The notes below the pieces were generated by a model. It worked only from the letters and a program-made list of their open reading frames with translations, searched no databases and was not told where the DNA came from. From Macrostomum lignano (taxonomy: Eukaryota), in contig NIVC01000037.1 of NCBI GenBank assembly GCA_002269645.1, forward strand, positions 1 through 64,000: DNA of 64,000 nucleotides. Direction: 5' to 3'. The first letter of the stretch is position 1. Every line of letters starts with the position of its first letter. Both the position numbers and the translations under genes were made by a program. Of the stretch, positions 45,951 through 64,000 are shown in pieces.

Positions 45951-46938
45951 TTGACAAGTACCCCAAATTCACAAAACCAAACTTCTTAAACTTTCAGCTC
46001 ACAAATGAGTTTACACTCGGTTCCCAGTCTAATACAATACAGTTAGATTAGAAGGAAGTCCAATAGCTTGCAAACCCTTGCATATTCGGTGATCAGACAA
46101 GCATTTTTACACGCTATGCGGTTGTCCAGTTATATTTTGCCTTCGCAAAGACACTTATACTGCACAACACTGTCTGTGTCAGCTCAAACTGCATTATACA
46201 TAGTTTATAAGTATTGATAAGCTACTATAGTCACAATAATAGAGGCAGTGCAGCAGGGGGAGGTGGGGTTCCGGGGGCTTCAGTTGTTGCTATAGTTGTT
46301 AAGGGGATAATTCTAAGCCAAACAGTTTTCATAATTCCCCACCAATATAATCCAGTTACACAATTGGCGTGTGCTGTAAGAATTTTGCAGCTTTTAATTT
46401 CATATAGTCTTGGGGGTAAGAAAAGGGAAAGAGTGGCAAACTTTAAACCCCCTATGCACCACCCCCACCCACTAACTCGTGGAGACTTAATAGTTAATAG
46501 CGCGTAGCAACACGCCCCCCCCCTGCAGACTGCAGGCCATGCACAACAGTTATGTAAATGATTAGTTTTGTAACTTCTTAACTTTCAATTCGATTCAATA
46601 TAAGCAGCGAAGAAGCACAGTTTAATACTCAATTCCGCGGTCAACTACCCCCCGGGCCAGTATAACTATCGGGGCATGTAAGAAAGCAGATAGATATGCA
46701 TAAAACACATTTATGAGCCATATAGGGCTCCCTATTGCCATATACTGATCGATGCTAATAAAAGCAGCTAGATAGCAGCAAGAAAAAAGTTACTTTTTTG
46801 AGCCCGACAATTTCAATATCTTTCTCTTTATGGGTAGTTGAACCTTTGCCAACACTTTTCACTCAATTGTAGCTAGCAGAAGTAACGGAGTCGAGACTTG
46901 TACTGCTCGTCCTTATCCTTCTGCTCCTCTCTCAGTAC

Positions 46939-47154
46939 CAGGGACGCCGTCACCAGGGGGGACTGGGGGACATGCCCCCCCCCCCAGTAAAAGCTATGGG
47001 GGACATGCCAATTCTTTGTCCCTCACCCCACCTTGTGACCCGTTGTTGAAATCAATAATTGCGCTCCAGGGCTCCAAAATGAGTGCCAAAAATGTATACA
47101 TGTAGAATTCTTGGCTTTGTCACTCCACCATAAAGTCCCTGACGACGCTCCTGG
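46939..47154. mobile_element. hAT-like MITE (216 bp), 8-bp TSD CTCAGTAC
   Basis: CTCAGTAC at 46931-46938 and 47155-47162. Imperfect TIRs CAGGGACGCCGTCA / TGACGACGCTCCTG. Confidence 0.7.
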
Positions 47155-47204
47155 CTCAGTACAAAGTTAAACGAATGAGACTTCAGGATCGCCAAATCAA
47201 AACG

Positions 47205-49330
47205 GACTTTGAAAGGCGCCAAAACAGACCATGATTGAGGCGCCAGCTAGATTGTTGAGGCGCCAAAACAGATCATGATGGAGGCGCCAAAACCGACCAT
47301 GATTGTGGCGCCAAAACCGACCATGATGGAGGCGCCAAAACAGACCATTATAGAGACTATTAAGGCGCCAAGACAGACCATGATGGAGGTGCCAAAACAG
47401 ACCATGATAGGGGGGGGGGAGGTTCACAAACTCGAAATTTCACTAGGTCGAAATTTCATAACGTCGAAAACTCAAATAGCAACCACTTTCACAATGTCGA
47501 AACTTCACAAGGTCGAAATTTCACAACATCGAAAACTACTGTATGGTTCTTGTTATATTAAATTTTCGACGTTGTGAAATTTCGAGCTAATGAAGTTTCG
47601 ATTTTGTGAAAGTGGCTGCTACTTGAGTTTTCGATGTTATGAAATTTCGACCTAGTGAAATTTCGACTTTATGAAATCTCTTGCTAGAGTTTTCGGTGTT
47701 GTGAAATTTCGATCTTGTGAAATTTCGACCTTGTGAAATAATTTACTTTTCGACGTTGTGAAATAATTTACTTTTCGACGTTGTGAAATTTCGACCTTGT
47801 GAAATTTCGACTTTATGAAATCTCTTGCTAGAGTTTTCGGTGTTGTGAAATTTCGATCTTGTGAAATTTCGACCTTGTGAAATAATTTACTTTTCGACGT
47901 TGTGAAATAATTTACTTTTCGACGTTGTGAAATTTCGACCTTGTGAAATAATTTACTTTTCGACGTTGTGAAATTTCGACCTTGTGAAAGCACCCGCATG
48001 ATAGAGACGCCAGCCAGATTATTGAGGCGCCAAAACAGACCATTTGATGGAGGCGCCAAAACAGACCATATGATGGAGGCGCCAAAACAGACCATGATGG
48101 AGGCGCCAAAACAGACCATGATGGAGGCGCCAAAACAGACCATGATGGAGGTGCCAAAACAGACCATGATGGAGGTGCCAAAACAGACCATTATAGAGAC
48201 GCCAGCTAGATTATTGAGGCGCCAAAACAGACCATGATGGAGGCGCCGAAACAGACCATTATAGAGGCGCCAACTAGATTATTGAGGCGCCAAAACAGAC
48301 CATGATGGAGGCGCCAAAACAGACCATGATGGAGGTGCCAAAACAGACCATGATGGAGGTGCCAAAACAGACCATTATAGAGACGCCAGCTAGATTATTG
48401 AGGCGCCAAAACAGACCATGATGGAGGCGCCGAAACAGACCATTATAGAGGCGCCAACTAGATTATTGAGGCGCCAAAACAGACCATGATGGAGGCGCCA
48501 AAACAGACCATGATGGAGGTGCCAAAACAGACCATTATAGAGGCGCCAGCTAGATTATTGAGGCGCCAAAACAGACCATTATAGAGGCGCCAGCTAGATT
48601 ATTGAGGCGCCAAAACAGACCATTATAGAGACGCCAAAACAGACCATGATGGAGGCGCCAAACAGACCATGATGGAGGCGCCAACTAGATTATTGAGGCG
48701 CCAAAACAGACCATGATGGAGGCGCCAAAACAGACCATGATGGAGGCGCCAAAACAGACCATGATGGAGGCGCCAAAACAGACCATGATGGAGGCGCCAA
48801 AACAGACCATGATGGAGGCGCCAAAACAGACCATTATAGACACGCCAGCTAGATTATTGAGGCGCCAAAACAGACCATGATGGAGGCGCCAACTAGATTA
48901 TTGAGGCGCCAAAACAGACCATGATGGAGGCGCCAAAACAGACCATTATAGAGGCGCCAACTAGATTATTGAGGCGCCAAAACAGACCAATGATGGAGGC
49001 GCCAAAACAGACCAATGATGGAGGCGCCAAAACAGACCAATGATGGAGGCGCCAAAACAGACCAATGATGGAGGCGCCAAAACAGACCAATGATGGAGGC
49101 GCCAAAACAGACCAATGATGGAGGCGCCAAAACAGACCAATGATGGAGGCGCCAAAACAGACCAATGATGGAGGCGCCAAAACAGACCAATGATGGAGGC
49201 GCCAAAACAGACCAATGATGGAGGCGCCAAAACAGACCAATGATGGAGGCGCCAAAACAGACCATGATGCAGGCGCCAAAACAGACCATGATGGAGGCGC
49301 CAAAACAGACCATGATTGAGGCGCCAGCTA
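47205..49330. repeat. 24/25-bp minisatellite (GGAGGCGCCAAAACAGACCATGAT), interrupted at ~47410-47995
   Basis: Tandem units on both sides of the foldback block. Confidence 0.9.
47421..47990. mobile_element. Foldback-like element built from GTGAAATTTCGAC modules
   Basis: Inverted arms 47432-47535 and 47563-47666 (~104 bp, about 90% identical), followed by tandem copies of the same module. Confidence 0.6.
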
Positions 49331-50446
49331 GAATATTGAGGCGCAAAAAATGAAATGTCATGTTTTCCAGAAACTTTAGTAACACACTGTGCACAAAATA
49401 CAATACAATAAATGGTCAGACCATACAAGAAATTTTATAAAGCATCATCCGTCTAAGCACATTAGAAAAAAACCTGCTCAAATCCCACGCACACAGATGA
49501 TGGAGATTTCTTCCATTCCATGCATGCAGCCAACGGTCGATAGTTGGGATGGGGATATTGTCAATGCGCGCATGCCGCTGCAGGTCTCAGGATTGAATAG
49601 GGGGGATGACTGACTCTTCGAAGAGGACGCATATGGTTGGCATTGTTAAGCTGCAGGATTCAGAACAGTTATATAGTTAAAGCCTCAAGGAGTCTTCACT
49701 ATTCAACAGCATGCGGTGTATAGGATGCCACTTGCCACTGCTAGACGGCTTATTGTGCACCGAGTTAAGGGAAGACTCAATCTTAACAACAGGTGTGAAA
49801 TCTGCCCGACATTGTATGGCTATGCCATGTTGCATTGTGATGATGGAACTTTTTTGGACAGTATAGCAGAGAGGAGACAACTCAATTCATTGTCAGCTAA
49901 TTGCTTGCTGCTTGCAAAGAAGAGAATTGGATTTGTCTTGAGCTGCTGCTTACCATGGCTTGAATAGAATTCCGCATGCAGGTGTAGCATAGAACTGCTT
50001 CTGCTGCTGCTGCTAGGCCAACTGTATTAGCGGGGAGCGAAAGCATTGCTTGCTTGAGGATTCACTTTGCTTTGCACTGGGCCGTTCACTCATATACGGT
50101 ATACGGTGGCTGCTACACCTCTATATGCTATACAAGAAAATAGAAGCAATTCTTGCTGGTCTGCAACAAGGGGGGGGGGGTTGAAGCGACCGCATGTGTG
50201 AGCAGAGCTCATGCCATGCGGTTATGCTTCATCGATTCTGCTCTTGCAGCACCGCGTCATGCGGGTGCAGTCGCATATGGTCTGATGGCATAAGATTGTG
50301 TGAGGCTAATTCGCTGCATGCGGCATGCAGACTTGCTGAATTTAAGCCTGCCTTGCTAATCACTAATCTTGTGGAACTCTTAAGAGTCTCAGTCCTAAAT
50401 TCTCCCCTTTGTTTTCCCTTCTCTCAGCAAGTTGGCTCAATCAGCT

Positions 50447-51885
50447 GACTCTCGCACTCTCACCCATGTCTCACTCATCTCTGGCCCTCTCACTCTCACC
50501 CATGTCTCACTTATCTGACTCTCGCACTCTCACCCATGTCTCACTTATCTGACTCTCGCACTCTCACCCAAGTCTCACTCATCTGACCCTCGCACTCTCA
50601 CCCATGTCTCACTCATCTGACCCTCGCACTCTCACCCATGTCTCACTCATCTGACCCTCGCACTCTCACCCATGTCTCACTCATCTGACCCTCGCACTCT
50701 CACCCATGTCTCACTTATCTGACCCTCTCACTCTCACCGATGTCTCACTCATCTCTAGCCCTCTCACTCTCACCATGTCTCACTTATCTGACTCTCGCAC
50801 TCTCACCCAAGTCTCACTCATCTGACCCTCGCACTCTCACCCATGTCTCACTCATCTGACCCTCGCACTCTCACCCAAGTCTCACTCATCTGACCCTCGC
50901 ACTCTCACCCATGTCTCACTCATCTGACCCTCGCACTCTCACCCATGTCTCACTCATCTGACCCTCGCACTCTCACTCATGTCTCACTTATCTGACTGTC
51001 GCACCCTCACCCAGTCTCACTCATCTGACCCTCTCACTCTCACCCATGTCTCACTCATCTCTGACCCTCTCACTCTCACCGATGTCTCACTCATCTCTGG
51101 CCCTCTCACTCTCACCATGTCTCACTTATCTGACCCTCGCACTCTCACCCATGTCTCACTCATCTGACCCTCGCACTCTCACCCATGTCTCACTCATCTG
51201 ACCCTCGCACTCTCACCCATGTCTCACTCATCTGACCCTCGCACTCTCACTCATGTCTCACTTATCTGACTGTCGCACTCTCACCCAGTCTCACTCATCT
51301 GACCCTCTCACTCTCACCCATGTCTCACTCATCTCTGACCCTCTCACTCTCACCCATGTCTCACTCATCTCTGACCCTCTCACTCTCACCCATGTCTCAC
51401 TCATCTCTGGCCCTCTCACTCTCACCCATGTCTCACTCATCTCTGACCCTCTCACTCTCACCCATGTCTCACTCATCTCTGACCCTCTCACTCTCACCCA
51501 TGTCTCACTCATCTCTGACCCTCTCACTCTCACCCATGTCTCACTCATCTCTGACCCTCTCACTCTCACCCATGTCTCACTCATCTCTGGCCCTCTCACT
51601 CTCACCCATGTCTCACTCATCTCTGACCCTCTCACTCTCACCCATGTCTCACTCATCTCTGACCCTCTCACTCTCACCCATGTCTCACTCATCTCTGACC
51701 CTCTCACTCTCACCCATGTCTCACTCATCTCTGGCCCTCTCACTCTCACCCATGTCTCACTCATCTCTGACCCTCTCACTCTCACCCATGTCTCACTCAT
51801 CTCTGACCCTCTCACTCTCACCCATGTCTCACTCATCTCTGGCCCTCTCACTCTCACCCATGTCTCACTCATCTCTGACCCTCCC
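50447..51885. repeat. 34/36-bp minisatellite (CTCTCACTCTCACCCATGTCTCACTCATCTCTGACC)
   Basis: Tandem units, with 34-bp units first and 36-bp units later. Confidence 0.9.
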
Positions 51886-53189
51886 ACAGCTAAAAGTATA
51901 GTTCAATCAATATATCTACAATTATTCACTCATGCAAGCACATATCCACACCTGCATTAAAATGAATAAAATCTTCTCACATCAATTCTTGCATTTAGCA
52001 AACTTTCTATCGAGCCCCATGCTATATGCTGAGTATATATAGACAATCAATATTACTCGTTATACCACCTGCATGACGAATTTAGGCAGCTTGTCATGCA
52101 GGCAGGCAAACTTTTATCATTCAAATATAAAAAATATGAAAAGAAGAAACATTTTAAGATGTGCATCAAAGTCGAGACAGAACGAAACAATCCCGGCGGG
52201 CGGTCTAAGCAGCGCGTGCGCGGGGAAAGTGGCATGATGGTTGCCTTAGCAAATCATTGCATCGAGTATGCGGGCATATTCATAATAGTTAATAAGCCAT
52301 ATATATATATATTTTTTTTTTTTGATTTTTATAGTTAGAGATATATACAGCGAATTGGGTGAAGAGTTTGAAGAGTGAATGGAGGAATCTTTTATATTCC
52401 AGATTTAAAAAAAAGAAAGTGGTTTTGCTGCTTTGCGCGGGTGAGGGTGGGTGTTAAGCGAGAGACTCTACAGCTCCGTCTCGGAAAGCTGGGAAGGTTT
52501 GCAGCTCAATTGAGGAGAAGAATGACAGAAACAGAGGGCTGGGGGTGGGGGTCAAACAAAAAATTAGGCTTCTCAATTGAGACTTCTTCCCTTGCATCCT
52601 GAAGCTTATTGTGTGAAAATCCCATGCAGCTACTCCCTCTAAACTCCTCCCCTTCCATGCCTTTGGTCCCGCCTCAGTGCAGTCGAGACTGTTTTGCAAA
52701 GCGAGAGTTTTTTAAAATAGAAAACACCTATTACCTTCCTCTTTACCTGTCAGGCAGACCCTCCATCATCGTTGGGTCATATTTTGATACGCAAAAACTG
52801 AAAACAGACAGATCAGCAGGCCTGAATGTTTCTCTATACTCCCATCTCAATTTCTTCTCTCCATTCTTTCATATTTTCACCTGTCATCTCCCAACTCATC
52901 TCTCATCTCAACTATCCTCTAATCTCCCTTCTCCTCTCTCCTTTCCTCTCTCATCAGGCCCGCCCGCTCACGCGGCCATGAGCTGGCCCTTAAGGTAAAA
53001 AAGTTTGTGGACACCCCTGGCCCTGTTCTAGAGTTTCATGATTGATGTACAGTTATCATAGGCTACTGGATAACATACATTGCAACTGTGGGGTATTGAT
53101 GATTCCGCTGATAACGATTACGATTTGAAACAGATGGTGGTGGCAGGCGAGAACGCATCTCGGGGGGCGGCTAAAAAATAAAGGAGAAA

Positions 53190-53654
53190 TAAAGAAATCC
53201 ACTTGCGGTAGGGGGGGGGGCTGATTTAGCGGGCCGCCTCAGCATAGACAGTGGGGGTGGATTTGGTTAGACTGCTAAAATTGCGTGTGGTTCGCGGCCA
53301 GCCAATCAGAGCCCGCCTGGACCCGCATTGGTCCCGCTGAGATCTGTGGTGGGGGTGTTGACGCGGGGGGGGGGGGTTGCGGCCCCCCAGCCCGTGCAGT
53401 CAGTTCAGTCAGTTTTTAAATTGAAATAGCGAAGACCGCAGCCAGACAACGACAGGACGACAGACGCCCGCAGTCAACGCCTCAGCAGCTTCTCAAGCAG
53501 AATATTCAAAACTGTTTTTATAGCGCTCGGCCCTCTCACCAAGTTTCAATTTTTGCCGAGATATCTGGATAATTGAAAAAGCAAAACGACTTTTTATTGA
53601 TTGTCTCACTAGATAATAATTAGTATTGTGTAATTAGTTGCCAAGGCAGTCAAG
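53190..53654 (+). promoter_or_regulatory. Probable promoter and non-coding first exon of the ovo-like gene
   Basis: GC-box-like tracts, AGCCAATCA (CCAAT box), TCAGTT initiator-like repeats at ~53400 and a donor caag|gtaaga at ~53654. It could splice to the acceptor cctgcag|gcATG at 55387. Confidence 0.45.
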
Positions 53655-54576
53655 GTAAGATTTTCTATCTGTCTCACGATTTTTTTCTTATCTCATTGTT
53701 ACATTGAATTTGAAGTTATAAAGGTATTCAGCTGTTTCTTTGTTGTTGCGTCATAACTCATAATAGGCTCTAAAACTCAATAGTCATAGAGATTTTAGTT
53801 ATTTATTACAACATCTATTACATAGAGGAGACAAACAAAATTAATAATATATGTATTCCGAGTTTGTTGAGTAACTATGGCCCTATACTTAGTTAAGCAA
53901 AATGTATATCGATAACAATCTAAGCTAAATACTCGAGTATTCATGTTATTTTTACTACTATTTAGCTCGAGTATAGTTAGCCATCCTCCGCATTCGAAAA
54001 GTGAGGAAGTCACCGAGTCAAAGACCTCAGGCTCAGCCCATGCCAAGGGCAATAAAAGCCTATTTGATAAGTTTGGTTTTTAAAAAATCACCTTCAGGGT
54101 ATATCGAGAACGCAATGGGAGAGCGTTTAAGACCTTAAGACTTTTTTGAGGAGGGTCAAGATCGGTCAGTTCGGTAGATACTATTTTTGAGCTTAACGGT
54201 TGCGCAATTAGCCTATCTAGTCGCCATAGCAACTGTTGCTATCTATCAGATAAAGCTTCTAAGAGTTCCAGCTCCTAATCCCAGGTCACCTGATCCGACC
54301 CTCAGGCGGCAAAGTTGATTAAATTCATATATAGCATACAGTTCTACTCAACATACTGTAGTTTTCATATGCATCTGGTCGAGGTTGTCTATGAAACTGA
54401 TGCAACACTCTGTTTTACGAGTATATCACCTTGGATATTCACTGCCCAAGGGGGTCAAGAGCGACCCCCCCCCCCCCGAGAAAGTGTCATGACCCTCCGG
54501 GAAACTGAACGAAATTTCTGTTTGCCCTTCGAAGTTATATTGCTTAAAAGTATCTCAAGCTTGGAGCTTGAACTCA

Positions 54577-54990
54577 CTGGCGGATCCAGGGGTCAAGGTG
54601 GCGGATTCAGGGGGTCAAGGTGGCGGATTCAGGGGGTCAAGGTGGCGGATTCAGGGGGTCAAGGTGGCGGATTCAGGCGGTCAAGGTGGCGGATTCAGGC
54701 GGTCAAGGTGGCGGATTCAGGGGGTCAAGGTGGCGGATCCAGGGGGTCAAGGTGGCGGATTCAAGGGGTCAAGGTGGAGGATCCAGGGGGTCAAGGTTGA
54801 GGATCCAGGGGGTCAAGGTTGAGGATCCAAGGGGTCAAGGTGGAGGATCCAGGGGTCAAGGTGGAGGATCCAGGGGGGTCAAGGTGGCGGATCCAGGGGA
54901 TCAAGGTGGAGGATCCAGGGGGTAAGTTGTCGGATTCAGGGGGTCAAGATTGAGGATCCAAGGGGTCAAGGTGGCGGATCCAGGGGGGTC
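54577..54990. repeat. 22-bp minisatellite (GGGGTCAAGGTGGCGGATTCAG)
   Basis: Tandem units. Confidence 0.9.
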
Positions 54991-55388
54991 AAGGAGGTCG
55001 GACGACCCCCTCTCTCTGAAAAAAGTGCTGGATTCGTCATGCACTGTGGGTATTATTTGGCTCGTAAGCACGTGTATCGAGCATGCAGTTTTCTGCCTGC
55101 TGCCAATGCATGCTTGATACATACTTATTTGCCTAAGTCATTTCGGTTGCCAAGGTGACAATGAAAACAAATCCACTGCATTCTGTTACGGCTTCTTGCA
55201 CCTCTATATTATTTAGCCTTCATGGCTTTCATATCTGCGCAGCAATATGTATGAAGACTTCCTCTCTGCAAACAGGCCATCAGATACTCGTAGATATGGT
55301 CAGCTCAAACAGTTTCTTTTATTTAGCTCTAGAGCAAATATTATCTCCACTGAGCTGAGTGCATGCAGCTCGCTTCTCGCCTGCAGGC

Positions 55389-63676
<8,288 letters not shown>

Positions 63677-63934
63677 CTTTGTTTGTTAGTTTCTTTTTTA
63701 TCCTCCCCTTGTGTCTTTGTTGTGTCCTTGTGTCTTTGTCTTTGTTGGCAAGGTGCGACGGCTTTGTGCTGTGGGTAAGAGTAGGAGTTGTTTGTTATAT
63801 CCCTTCCCCATGAATCTCCAATCTGCACGTGTCATTTGGACAATGTCGCCATAAATGCAACTTCATTCGATTGCGTGCGTTCGCGAACTGGCTGCGGTTT
63901 GGTTGAGAAATTGGATGAGTCAAGCACGATGCAG

Positions 63935-64000
63935 ACATGATTCTGACATGATGCACGCATGATTCTGACATGATGCACACGATTCTGACATGATGCACAC
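63935..64000. repeat. About 20-bp tandem repeat (GATTCTGACATGATGCACAC), running off the right edge
   Basis: Three units visible. Confidence 0.7.

Overview
This is eukaryotic (animal) genomic DNA, very rich in minisatellites. The style suggests a flatworm such as Macrostomum, which is an inference only. Four main components are present. (1) 1-11363: a head-to-tail array of a minus-strand non-LTR retrotransposon (APE endonuclease + RT, three CCHC knuckles, Jockey/I-like) whose ORF1 carries an ALKBH2/3-like AlkB dioxygenase with intact catalytic motifs. Every copy joins at the same base of the U5 snRNA sequence, just 3' of invariant loop 1, and is preceded by the 3' half of U5. The array therefore begins with a complete U5 gene (11248-11363), apparently a U5-targeted element that rebuilds its host gene and target site. 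This is the best candidate for an undescribed system. (2) 19683-31398: an 8-exon sortilin-like Vps10p receptor gene, with most introns filled by minisatellites. (3) 33724-43082: a compact 9.4-kb Polinton/Maverick-like element with ~0.9-kb TIRs and a 6-bp TSD. Its protein-primed PolB gene has spliceosomal introns, three of them inside the three catalytic motifs. It also encodes a PC4-like protein and an orphan ORF, with no recognisable integrase or capsid. (4) 53.4-63.7 kb: an ovo/shavenbaby zinc-finger gene with an eh1-like motif. There are also a mariner remnant, three MITEs and a foldback element. Scattered 1-nt frameshifts, mostly in homopolymers, look like long-read errors. All calls were made by eye with no database search, and repeat boundaries are approximate.
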